Shown here piece by piece: positions 1-10,067 of a stretch of DNA of 20,000 nt. A program made the position numbers and the translations under genes. The notes beneath the pieces were generated by a model that was not told the origin of the DNA, did not search any database, and saw only the letters and a list, made by a program, of their open reading frames with translations. The stretch lies in the IMG/VR virus record IMGVR_UViG_3300020183_000058. One strand, given 5' to 3'. This DNA is from an uncultured virus (IMG/VR IMGVR_UViG_3300020183_000058). Taxonomy: Duplodnaviria > Heunggongvirae > Uroviricota > Caudoviricetes > Kyanoviridae. The stretch's first letter is position 1; each line of letters opens with the position of its first letter.

Positions 1-3000
1 TGCAGTATTGATGTTATCAATGGTTCCACTTGCTTTAGAAATAATACCAGTGACTTTTTCACCGACTTTCCAATCCCCAGTATAATCAACTACTTTTAAT
101 AGTCTTGGACCAATCTGCCAACCATTGTTAGTTGAAACATAACCAACTGCAGAAGGGTCATCTAAATTATTACCTTGGAATACCTTTTCACCTTGTAAGA
201 ATCTAGAAGTTTCTACAATTGCTTCTGCCTTACCACCAAATACCTCAGTAAGTAAAATCTGCTTACCTGAACCATTGTTCAGGAAAGTAATAAATTGACC
301 ATTCAGTGCATCTTGAGCTGTGAGAGCAATTCTTAACTGGTTATCTTCAAGACCATTTATACTACCTGCAATAGCAAAATAAATTTGACCTTCAACTAAC
401 GATGTTAAACCTGCCGAAGATGGTTGTGGTAATTGTCCTATTGTAGATCCAATGTCATCTGCTCTTAAAGAAACTTCAGCTCCAGTACCGATTCCATGAG
501 GGAAATTAAACTGGAAATACCCAAGGTCAACGTTTACCACATATACAAATTCTGATTTCAATACTACTTTTGGTTCAGATGAATATCCAGATCCAGGATC
601 TTTAACAAAAATTTCCTGAAGACGATTGTTTTTAACTGTTGCAACAGCAATTGCACCAGTTCCACCACCACCTTCTATAATTACTGCAGGAGCAGTTGTA
701 TACCCAGAACCAGGATTGGTTACTTTAATTTCTGTCAATACTGATGTATTAAACAGTTGTAAAATTGTTGGGAAAGTAATTTCTGGTTGTAGTGTATAAT
801 CATGAGGGTAGTCAAAACCAAAGTTATTGTTCTTTAACCTTTTAATTTTACCAACTTGAGTTCCCTGCAGGAACACAGAAGCACCATTACCTTGAGGAGG
901 AATAACTACGTCCAGAATACCTCCAGAACCTGCCAAACTTGGTCCAAGAATACCAGGGACAGCATCTATTTGAATAAATCCTGTAGTATATCCCTTACCA
1001 GGATCAATTAGATCTACATCAGTGATAGTTCCAGATACAGGATCACCACCCAATTCTACTGTAATATTAACTTTTCCACCTTCACCATCTCCAGAGATTG
1101 GAACATCTTTATATACACCAAGAGCGTATTCAGTTCCACCATTAGTAATATCAATCCTATCAATCTGTCTATCAGAAGCTATATTAGTAACGATTGGCAG
1201 TTTCTTATAGAATCCACCTTTGTTTACTAATTTAATAGAATTGATTGGACCTGCTGCTTTGATAGAAGTTGTTGAATACGAAGTCGAATCTAAGATTACT
1301 GGTCCTTCTGGTTCTCTTTCTAATTGGAATTTAAACGTTTTTGAAGTTGGAGTTGCAGTGATTCTAAATTTACCCTTATATGGAGTCTCAACAACGTCAA
1401 TATACGAATTAACACCCACTGGACTATCTGCACCAGTTCTTGCAGGATCAAAGTAATATGAGATATTTGTTACATCACCAATAGTTTTAAATCTAACATA
1501 AGGAATTACACCTGGTGGATCAAGTCCTGGATTTCCACTTCTTGTAATGTTGTTAAATGAATATTCCAACTTGTATTGATTATCTTTTGAAAATGATAGG
1601 TAATATCCTGCATTAGATGAATCTCCAACATCAAAGATATATTGATGTCCTTTAACAAATACTAAAGATGGATGCTTTGCGTAAATATTAACAGCAGTTA
1701 TAGAAGTGCTGGTAATAGGATCTAATTGAGTTACAGATCTTAATGCAAAAGTAAATTCTCTAGTATTGATAACTCTATTGACAAAGAAACTACCATTAAA
1801 CACATTATATAAGAATCCTTCAACAAAGATAATATCTTTTGCAAGATAATTGTGTGCTCTTGATGCAACAACGTAAAGATCTCCAGTATTCGTATTTGAT
1901 ACGGACTTAACAATTTTTCTAAGATTTGACTTTAAGGTTATTTTTGTAACTGCAGTGAGACCTGTTAATGTAGCTACAGTATGTGCAGCATTAAATGAAA
2001 TGTTAACTCCATTAAATCCAATAGGTACAATATCTCCAGGTAGGAAATTAGATCCCGCAATAACGTCAACAATTTTTAGGACATAATCATCGGCACTATA
2101 TGCCTTAAATTCTTTTGTGCCAGCAACTAGATCACTCGTATAATTAGATAGAGGAATTGTAAAAGTGCCAATATTTGTTGTAAATGGAACTTCCAAAAAT
2201 GTATATTCAAATTCATTAATAGTATCGACAGAATCTTTAATTCTAGATGTAGTATTTAAAGTTCCAAAAATTTTACCAATGGTAACATAATCATCACCAG
2301 CTTCGATAATCTTACCATAAGCACTAACAACGTTTTGTGCATTTTGTCCAGTTCCTTGAACAGTGTACCATTCAAGTTGTGATCCAACTTTAAATCTGCT
2401 TGGTTGATTAAATGTAATTTTTTTAACAATATCAACCTTTGTTACTGAGGAATCTTTAAGATAATACTTATCAATTACATTAGCAGATATCTTAAGTGTT
2501 TTTCCAGCAGGTGTTGGAATGGTTGCAGTCCTAGATGCCCAAGTTTCTGTTCCTGAAGTAAATGTGTAATTTCCAGGCAAGTGAAGGCTAACGGCATCAG
2601 AGAAATCCAATAACTGATAACCAGCACTACCAGGTGAAAACGGACCTACAGTTGCTACTAAGTCTTCATCAATTGAATATGTAACATTTGTTATTAGTAC
2701 ACTGCTAATAGTGTTTAACGAAGTAACAGCATATGATCCAAGTTTAGTATGGTTGTTGTCAAATTTAATTAAAGAAGAAATATCATATGTTTTTCCAACA
2801 TTAAAGTGTAGTAATAATGAAGTACGAGCATCTTTATCAAATGATGCTGTTGGAACTGTAAAAGTAGTTGTATATCTTGCAAGACCCTTAGTGACTCTAA
2901 CTTCATCAATAAAACCATTTAGATCATATGGACTGTTTCCTACAATATCTCCACCAAGTTTAATACCTCGTGCAGGATAGTTAACTGTATCAACAGCACT

Positions 3001-6000
3001 AGTTGGTTGAAGAACACCATTAACAAATAGTCTAGTTGTTCCACCTGATCTAGAAACTGCAATGTGATACCATGTGTTTGTTACAACTGTTGTGACAGAG
3101 AGTAAATTTATACCACTACCTGTTATGTACCTAACAACACCAGCTGCGGTAACGTCAATATATGGAGCCACGTCAGAACCAGATGTTCTTTGATCCCATA
3201 AAACTCTAGTGTTGGATAGATTATTTAAACGAGCCCAAAACTCAATTGTGAAATCACCTGTTTCAAATCCATATCCTGCATTTGATTCTATGGTTACATA
3301 ATCACCATTTCCATCAAAGGATACGGAACTTCCTCCAAATTGATATTGTGCTGTTGAAATAGCAGCATTTCCAACAAATGTTGGTGTTACAATATCAGAT
3401 GTAGTTACACCAAACACCACCACATCTGCAGAACTATCTGAACAAATACTATATCCTTTCCAAGCACCATTTACATTAATTCTAGAATCATTTAAAATAG
3501 TACCATTGTGCTTAAATTTAACTAGATCCACAAAGGAACCAGTTGAAGTTTCTACACTTATACCTAGAGTAACATTATTAAATACATCGACTGTATGACC
3601 AACTCCTTTTAATCTAGTGAACGTAGTTGCTGCTGGAGATATCCTCTTTGCCCATACTGGTTTGTCGTATTGTTCTAGATCAATTCTAAACAGAGTAACT
3701 TTCTCTGGTTCAGATGTAGCTACATTAATTTCTGTAGCATATAGGTACATGCCTTCATAATCATCAATCTTAATTTTTGGATTAGTAAATTTGTAGTTTG
3801 TTGGGTTTTGTATTCTTCTTCCCCAATCATGAATTAAATCAATATTATCATATGATAGTCTTCCATAGATAATATCTTCTCCACCTATAATTCCAGTCCA
3901 ATAAACGTAACCGTCATGGGCATAGATATCAGTGAGTACTTCTTCTTCTGAATCTGTAGTTAATTTTCTTTTCTCTACAATATCACTCAGTTCTGACATT
4001 AATACAAACCACATATCATTGCCAGATTCACTATTTGTATCTGTATAACCACCAATAATTAGAGCATCTAATTCATCAGACCAATCAATTGCAGTAGCAT
4101 AATCTCTTCTAGTATTTCCAGAAATACCTGCAAGTTCTTTTTGCCATTGGATGATACCATCAGGTTGATTATTACTATTAAAACCAGAAATATACTTAGC
4201 AACTAAGACATCAGGATTATATGTTAAGTTTACAGTATTTTGAATTGTATTTCCAACAACATAAATTGTGTGTGGGTTTGTATCTACAACAACTAATCTA
4301 TTCCACACTGCAAATTTTACTCCAGCCGTTGGCGCAGATGGTGTTAGGGTTCTTTTCCATACTAATCTACCATCATTATTAAACTTTGCTAGTACTGCAA
4401 TACTATCTCCATTATCCCTAATAAATCTACCACAAGAATAGATACTTCTATCTTCAGCAATCTTAGAGTCTTGCCACTCAATATAACCACCAGCACCATC
4501 AAATTCTGTAGCAAAATAATTTGCTTTTTTGAAAATTTGAGGATGAGTTACTCGAATTTGTGGAGGATTATCTACATCATATGAATTACCAGAATTTATA
4601 ATGTTAACTTTTGAAATTCTTCCTTGTGATTCTAAACTGATATCCAATAATGCATCTTGACCATCACTTGTAATTAATTCATATTCTGCTGGAATATCAT
4701 TATTATAACCAATACCTTCTTGGATTACTGCTACTTGCTCCAATCCAGAAACAGTTTTAACTTTAAATGATTTGAAGTTAGTGTCTAATGCAGCCTCGGT
4801 ATCAACAATTACAATGTCACCAATTGCTAATCCATGGTCATCTTCTGTGGTAATTGTTGCGATAGTATTGACATCATCAAAAGTAGTTGTATAATTTAGA
4901 ATTTTTGGTCCCTTCACAGACTCTACTTTTGCAGATGCACCAAATCCATCAGTTCCTTCATTATCAAATGTAACTTTATCGTTGACTTTATAACTGACAC
5001 CTGGATTTTCAATGACAAATCCATCAATTTGTGCAGATTCAAATTTAGTAATAGTATCTACTTCAATATCAACTTTTGATTCAATATCAACAGATGGGAA
5101 ATAATCAAATAGTTCTAATGACTGCTCTTCTGTCAATTCGAGAATTTCATCTTCTTCATCGGGTACAATTAATCCATCATTGTTAGAATCTTGAATTTCA
5201 AAGATAATAGTTTCACCATTCTCAGTAGTAATCGTATCTGTTCTTTGATTTGGTTGTCTATCTGTATCAATATCTACGTCTTCATATGGGTCTCTAAATC
5301 TTACAACATCTCTAGGAATATTAAATTGTACAGCAGTTTGTGATAAGTTCCACTTATCTACTGCTGAATAATATTGAGGTCCTAGAATATATGGGAATAC
5401 AGGGTTTCCTTCTGCAGATGCATCAATAGTTACAAAGTATGCATATGTTCCGTTTGGAAACTCAGGAGTTTTACAGAATCTTCCATTATATTCATCCAAA
5501 TCTCCTGATCCAAAACCATATTCATAATCTTGTATAAATGAACCAGCTGGATGGAATGATAAAGGTGGACCATCAATTCTTTTTGGAATAGGATTAGTAT
5601 CTACGTTGTATATAATATTTGCTTTTAATTTATATGAAGTTACTAACCTACGTACTCCTTTAGATGAATCTGTGGGATCTGTGAAACCATATGGTCCGTA
5701 AATAGGATTTCCATCAAATGCCCATCCAAGAATTGGTGAATGTGAGAATGTTCCTTCTTTTTCTTTAATAACTTGCTGAGAATTTTTGAATACATTATCT
5801 CCAAGGACATATCTCAATGTTTGTGGATTTGATATGTGTGCATATTCACCACCATACTGAGTATTATAACCAGCAAATACATATCCACGAGCAGAATCCA
5901 ATTTAGTTTTTAGTTGATATTCTAAATCATATACCCATTGGAATACATTTGTTTTAAAAACCGCACCTTGTCCAATAGATTCCAAACGAATACTAGTTCT

Positions 6001-9000
6001 ACCTTGAGTATAACCTACACCTCTATTGATAATCACAACACCAATTACTTTTCCTTTATCTTCACCTATTGTTCCAATAATTGCTTTTGCCTTTGCACCA
6101 AATCCATCACCATTAATATAAACATTAGGAGCAGTAGTATATCCTTCACCAGAATTAATTACAGCAATTGAAACTACTCTACCATTAATAATGATTGGTT
6201 GTGCTTCTGCTTTTACACCAGAACTTAAAACAATAGCTGGAACGCTTGTGTAATCTTTACCAGTTTTCGTAACAGTTACTTTTTTAATAGGTCCTCTAAC
6301 TTGTGCAGTTGCAGTAGCACCATTGCCGCCACCACCAGAAATGCTGATAAGTGGTTCTGATGTATATCCTTCTCCTGGAGTTTCTACTAAAATTTGAGTA
6401 ACCACACCATTGGTTACAATTGCCTTTGCAGTTGCACCAGCTCCTCCTCCACCAACGATAGACACCAATGGTTCTGTTTTATATGCTTCTCCACCTGATG
6501 TTACATCAAATGCTGAGATAGCTCCATTAACTACTACTTCAGCAGAAGCTCCTGTTCCACCACCACCTACGAATGTCAGGGCAGGAGGTGAAGAAGCATC
6601 ATATCCCTCTCCAGGAACAATAATATCAACATTAGTAATTCCACCATAAACTACAGATTCTTGTGATTTATATGACCATGCTGTTACACCATTAACCCAA
6701 GTTGCAATTGCACCTGGTTGGATATTGTATCTTACAGAAGTTGTATTTGCTACTAATGGGAATCTATAAAGTTTTCTCTGATTTCCTGGAATGAGTGCGG
6801 AGTTTACAAATGGTCCAATTTTATAGTTAGGAATTCCAGTTGCTGCTACATATACATATTCATTATTAAAGAAAGTATTTTGTATATTACTTGTAAAATT
6901 AGTAACTAAGTTATTAACTTGAATATCATCACTCTTTCCTTTATTTAAGTCAACTGAAATTAAAATATTTCCTTGAGGTGATAACTCAGCAGGTTGAGGT
7001 AATTCATACGAAAAAACAAAATTACTAATACGTGCCGAAACTAAGAATGAACCATTATAAACAATTGGATTTGCACCATAAACAGTTACTTGGTCACCAA
7101 CTAGAAGACCATGAGGATTTGTACAGGTTACCGTTGCAGTTTTGTTGTTTAATCCCCCAGGAACAATCTGTTCAATTTTAACTAATTTCTTGACGTTAAA
7201 TAACCAATTAGTTACTTTTTTATCTTCTGTAGATGCCCCCAACTTGGCAACATTTAATTTATCTCCAGGCAAATAATATGAACCAGAATTTGTTAATTCT
7301 GTAGTTGCTGCTTCTGCAATCCCCACCACTTTCAATTTAACTTGATTTGGAGTTCCAGCATTTGCATATAGGAAAATATCAGAAGTGATGGATGTTCCAG
7401 CATCCCAATTAGAAGCTACATTGTTCTTAGAACGAGTACATTCTAAGAACTGATTTAGTGTCTTTTCTTTATATTGAATATATTCCTGAACATCATTTTC
7501 TGTGCCTACAATAATGATGCCATTTCTCTCTGGCCATCCAAGAGTGGAGTCAACAGTTAATATGTTAGTATCTTCATCAACACCTTCTACTAACTTTGTT
7601 TTGTATGGGATAATAAAATCACCTACTTTAGTTTCTTCTGAAATTGCAATTTCGTAAATTTGATTTTCACCAACAAAAATTGAAATTACATTTTCAACAA
7701 GAGCAGATGCATATTTTACATGACTATCTACATCATCTTCATACTGCGTGATAATAGTATTGATTAAATTCCCAGGATCCCCATCAATTAATTTAACACG
7801 TAAAACGGTATCTACAGACCATGTAGCTGCTGATGGCTTGAATAATTCTTCTTTGGGATAACTTACTGAAATATTCTCACCAAATATTACCTTGAAGAGA
7901 TATTCTAAAGCATTTTTAGTTCCCTTTGACAGATAGAAATCTTTTATTGATTTAATAATCTGAGCAGAATTTACTTTAGTATAATCAATATTAAAAGATG
8001 GCAAATATTGATCTACAAATCTTTTAAAAATTTGAAGTAAAAATAATGAATCTAAATTTTTAACTATGGCACCCTGTCCATGTTGTCTTGGACGAGATGC
8101 TAATTCATTTCTAAATACCTGCTCTCCATTATCATCATAATTAACTACATTACTTACACCCCTACTAACATCAACAAATGCTGAGGGGGTGTATTCGGAT
8201 CCTTCCGTAAGAATTGTAAATCCAGTAACTTCACCAACTCCAACATTTGTGGATGCTTTTGCTTCTGGTGGTGGGGAAATGAATACGGTTGGTGGTTCTG
8301 ATGAAGAATATCCACTACCAAATGCTGTAATATTAATATCTGTAATTGTACCATTAAAAATTGTTGCAGCTGCTTTGGCTCCTGTTCCACCGAAAGCAAA
8401 TCCATTAATATCTTTTCTATTATCGACAATGTATACTGATGGTGGATCAATATATCCAGTTCCACCACTAAGAATTTCAATATTAGTAACACTACCATTA
8501 TTTACAATTACATCTAAAATTTGTGCTCCGACAGGATCAATAATTCTAACTCTAGGCTCAAAAGTATATCCGTTTCCTCTAGAAATAACTTGGAAACCAC
8601 TTACTTGATCGTCAGTTAATACTGCTCTTATAATTGCTTGATTACTACCTGGCGTTGTTGGTGGATCAACATAAATTATTGGTGGATTTTTGTATCCATT
8701 TCCACCCTTAAGAATCGATAGACTTCCTCCAAGAATTTTTCCCTGTCCATCAATTGCTGCTTTACTTGTAATTTTTGCACCACCAGGATTTGTAAATTTA
8801 ACTTTTGGTGGAGTAAGATAACCAGAACCACTATTTAATAGTTTAACCTTGGATACAGATCCAGTCTGATCATCTATAACAACTTCTGCTACAGGTCTAG
8901 TTCCGTTCTCGGGTGGATCATCAAAACTAATTAAAGGTGGATTTAAAGATGTGTAACCTGTTCCACCATACAATAGATTAAAGGTTTTTACACCATCAAT

Positions 9001-10047
9001 CAACGCAACCGCAGTTGCATCTTTTCCAACTTTTGCATCTATAGTAACTTTTGGAACAAAATTAGTAGAATATCCAGATCCACCATCAATGACGATAATA
9101 GATGTAACTTTACTATTTTCAACCTTAGATATGATTTGTGCTCCTTTACCACTATCTTTAGCAGTATACTCAATAGATCTTATGAAGAGTTTTGAACCTG
9201 GTGATGGAGTATCTGTTAGTAAAATTTCATTTTTTGATGTAAATACATAATCCTCATATGGAGTCAATAGCACTTTATCCAATGTAACTATTGATAGGAT
9301 CTCTGATCTTGAAATATATGGTTGCTGATTTGTTAATAAACGATATTTCTTGGTATTTTCTAAGGTAGTAATTTCATCGAGTGGTTTAACAGCATTCTGT
9401 GCAAATCCAAGAAGATATTTGATGTAAGTTCCACCATCTCCATCAGCAGAGGTTTTTGGTCTAGGTGGAGTAGTAAATATAATATTTGTTCCTGAAATAT
9501 TATAATCAATATCAGGTTTTAAAATTTTTCCATATAGTGAGACAATTAAATGCTCTTTATCAATAGGACTAACTGGTTGTCCAGCAACACGTAACGCATA
9601 CGTGTTTCTCATAATTGGTGGTGTACCAGTTGGAACTAACTGTGGTAATAATGATTCTAATACTTGGTATCTTGAATCAAATTCAACAAGACTAATCCCA
9701 GGAGTTAAAACTACATTGGGGGACTTTGTTATACCCTCATAGTAAAATACTTCGTTATCAATTAAGAACGAACCATCTTTCTCTACAAAACCAGTAACAT
9801 CTTCAACAAAGACAGTGGAGTCTTTATATCCAACATCATCTAACAGAATTGTAGAACCTGTTAGTGAAATAGGATTATAAGTGTTAACATTTAGATATTC
9901 ACCCAAATTGTTAACAATGTCGTATGGACGACCTGTTTTCTCTTGTGATTTATAATATTCTTGAAGCAAGGTATAGAAAATTTCATTCTCTTCTTGAATA
10001 AAAAGAGGTTGTTGATCTTTAACCCTATCGGATACCTTAATATTCAT
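1..10047 (-). CDS. gp7: Giant gp7-like baseplate wedge protein (3' end outside window, >3349 aa). Contains GxGY-type beta repeats, a YHYH-like domain, a beta-propeller-like region and a LamG domain
   Basis: ATG at 10047 with AGGTAA upstream (10051-10056). Translates MNIKVSDRVKDQQPLFIQEENEIFYTLLQEYYKSQEKTGRPYDI..., and the same frame is still open at base 1 (...GEKVTGIISKASGTIDNINTA). The ORF track lists no ORF in this frame, consistent with no stop codon. Motif IKSIKDFYLSKGTKNALEYLFKVIFGE (~7955-7875) resembles gp7-like wedge proteins. Directly downstream of gp25 and gp6. Confidence 0.88.
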   Translation of the reverse strand, partial: MNIKVSDRVKDQQPLFIQEENEIFYTLLQEYYKSQEKTGRPYDIVNNLGEYLNVNTYNPISLTGSTILLDDVGYKDSTVFVEDVTGFVEKDGSFLIDNEVFYYEGITKSPNVVLTPGISLVEFDSRYQVLESLLPQLVPTGTPPIMRNTYALRVAGQPVSPIDKEHLIVSLYGKILKPDIDYNISGTNIIFTTPPRPKTSADGDGGTYIKYLLGFAQNAVKPLDEITTLENTKKYRLLTNQQPYISRSEILSIVTLDKVLLTPYEDYVFTSKNEILLTDTPSPGSKLFIRSIEYTAKDSGKGAQIISKVENSKVTSIIVIDGGSGYSTNFVPKVTIDAKVGKDATAVALIDGVKTFNLLYGGTGYTSLNPPLISFDDPPENGTRPVAEVVIDDQTGSVSKVKLLNSGSGYLTPPKVKFTNPGGAKITSKAAIDGQGKILGGSLSILKGGNGYKNPPIIYVDPPTTPGSNQAIIRAVLTDDQVSGFQVISRGNGYTFEPRVRIIDPVGAQILDVIVNNGSVTNIEILSGGTGYIDPPSVYIVDNRKDINGFAFGGTGAKAAATIFNGTITDINITAFGSGYSSSEPPTVFISPPPEAKASTNVGVGEVTGFTILTEGSEYTPSAFVDVSRGVSNVVNYDDNGEQVFRNELASRPRQHGQGAIVKNLDSLFLLQIFKRFVDQYLPSFNIDYTKVNSAQIIKSIKDFYLSKGTKNALEYLFKVIFGENISVSYPKEELFKPSAATWSVDTVLRVKLIDGDPGNLINTIITQYEDDVDSHVKYASALVENVISIFVGENQIYEIAISEETKVGDFIIPYKTKLVEGVDEDTNILTVDSTLGWPERNGIIIVGTENDVQEYIQYKEKTLNQFLECTRSKNNVASNWDAGTSITSDIFLYANAGTPNQVKLKVVGIAEAATTELTNSGSYYLPGDKLNVAKLGASTEDKKVTNWLFNVKKLVKIEQIVPGGLNNKTATVTCTNPHGLLVGDQVTVYGANPIVYNGSFLVSARISNFVFSYELPQPAELSPQGNILISVDLNKGKSDDIQVNNLVTNFTSNIQNTFFNNEYVYVAATGIPNYKIGPFVNSALIPGNQRKLYRFPLVANTTSVRYNIQPGAIATWVNGVTAWSYKSQESVVYGGITNVDIIVPGEGYDASSPPALTFVGGGGTGASAEVVVNGAISAFDVTSGGEAYKTEPLVSIVGGGGAGATAKAIVTNGVVTQILVETPGEGYTSEPLISISGGGGNGATATAQVRGPIKKVTVTKTGKDYTSVPAIVLSSGVKAEAQPIIINGRVVSIAVINSGEGYTTAPNVYINGDGFGAKAKAIIGTIGEDKGKVIGVVIINRGVGYTQGRTSIRLESIGQGAVFKTNVFQWVYDLEYQLKTKLDSARGYVFAGYNTQYGGEYAHISNPQTLRYVLGDNVFKNSQQVIKEKEGTFSHSPILGWAFDGNPIYGPYGFTDPTDSSKGVRRLVTSYKLKANIIYNVDTNPIPKRIDGPPLSFHPAGSFIQDYEYGFGSGDLDEYNGRFCKTPEFPNGTYAYFVTIDASAEGNPVFPYILGPQYYSAVDKWNLSQTAVQFNIPRDVVRFRDPYEDVDIDTDRQPNQRTDTITTENGETIIFEIQDSNNDGLIVPDEEDEILELTEEQSLELFDYFPSVDIESKVDIEVDTITKFESAQIDGFVIENPGVSYKVNDKVTFDNEGTDGFGASAKVESVKGPKILNYTTTFDDVNTIATITTEDDHGLAIGDIVIVDTEAALDTNFKSFKVKTVSGLEQVAVIQEGIGYNNDIPAEYELITSDGQDALLDISLESQGRISKVNIINSGNSYDVDNPPQIRVTHPQIFKKANYFATEFDGAGGYIEWQDSKIAEDRSIYSCGRFIRDNGDSIAVLAKFNNDGRLVWKRTLTPSAPTAGVKFAVWNRLVVVDTNPHTIYVVGNTIQNTVNLTYNPDVLVAKYISGFNSNNQPDGIIQWQKELAGISGNTRRDYATAIDWSDELDALIIGGYTDTNSESGNDMWFVLMSELSDIVEKRKLTTDSEEEVLTDIYAHDGYVYWTGIIGGEDIIYGRLSYDNIDLIHDWGRRIQNPTNYKFTNPKIKIDDYEGMYLYATEINVATSEPEKVTLFRIDLEQYDKPVWAKRISPAATTFTRLKGVGHTVDVFNNVTLGISVETSTGSFVDLVKFKHNGTILNDSRINVNGAWKGYSICSDSSADVVVFGVTTSDIVTPTFVGNAAISTAQYQFGGSSVSFDGNGDYVTIESNAGYGFETGDFTIEFWARLNNLSNTRVLWDQRTSGSDVAPYIDVTAAGVVRYITGSGINLLSVTTVVTNTWYHIAVSRSGGTTRLFVNGVLQPTSAVDTVNYPARGIKLGGDIVGNSPYDLNGFIDEVRVTKGLARYTTTFTVPTASFDKDARTSLLLHFNVGKTYDISSLIKFDNNHTKLGSYAVTSLNTISSVLITNVTYSIDEDLVATVGPFSPGSAGYQLLDFSDAVSLHLPGNYTFTSGTETWASRTATIPTPAGKTLKISANVIDKYYLKDSSVTKVDIVKKITFNQPSRFKVGSQLEWYTVQGTGQNAQNVVSAYGKIIEAGDDYVTIGKIFGTLNTTSRIKDSVDTINEFEYTFLEVPFTTNIGTFTIPLSNYTSDLVAGTKEFKAYSADDYVLKIVDVIAGSNFLPGDIVPIGFNGVNISFNAAHTVATLTGLTAVTKITLKSNLRKIVKSVSNTNTGDLYVVASRAHNYLAKDIIFVEGFLYNVFNGSFFVNRVINTREFTFALRSVTQLDPITSTSITAVNIYAKHPSLVFVKGHQYIFDVGDSSNAGYYLSFSKDNQYKLEYSFNNITRSGNPGLDPPGVIPYVRFKTIGDVTNISYYFDPARTGADSPVGVNSYIDVVETPYKGKFRITATPTSKTFKFQLEREPEGPVILDSTSYSTTSIKAAGPINSIKLVNKGGFYKKLPIVTNIASDRQIDRIDITNGGTEYALGVYKDVPISGDGEGGKVNITVELGGDPVSGTITDVDLIDPGKGYTTGFIQIDAVPGILGPSLAGSGGILDVVIPPQGNGASVFLQGTQVGKIKRLKNNNFGFDYPHDYTLQPEITFPTILQLFNTSVLTEIKVTNPGSGYTTAPAVIIEGGGGTGAIAVATVKNNRLQEIFVKDPGSGYSSEPKVVLKSEFVYVVNVDLGYFQFNFPHGIGTGAEVSLRADDIGSTIGQLPQPSSAGLTSLVEGQIYFAIAGSINGLEDNQLRIALTAQDALNGQFITFLNNGSGKQILLTEVFGGKAEAIVETSRFLQGEKVFQGNNLDDPSAVGYVSTNNGWQIGPRLLKVVDYTGDWKVGEKVTGIISKASGTIDNINTA

Positions 10048-10067
10048 GTCTTACCTAAATTATGTTG

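Noticed and set aside
1022..8608. Plus-strand ORFs at 1022, 1220, 2711, 5938, 6410 and 8189, and the minus-strand ORF 8154-8498
   Set aside because: Shadow frames of the continuous gp7-like gene. The Pro-rich antisense translations mirror its Gly-rich repeats.
5960..9150. Repeated tatcc/accacc motifs as possible DNA repeats, CRISPR array or DGR template/variable repeats
   Set aside because: They are degenerate protein-level GxGY repeats. No identical spaced repeats, and no reverse transcriptase or cas gene is in the window.
1..10047. Possible intein or intron inflating gp7 length
   Set aside because: In the part I translated I saw no intein splice motifs or homing-endonuclease signature, and the frame is uninterrupted; the length is explained by structural repeats and domains.
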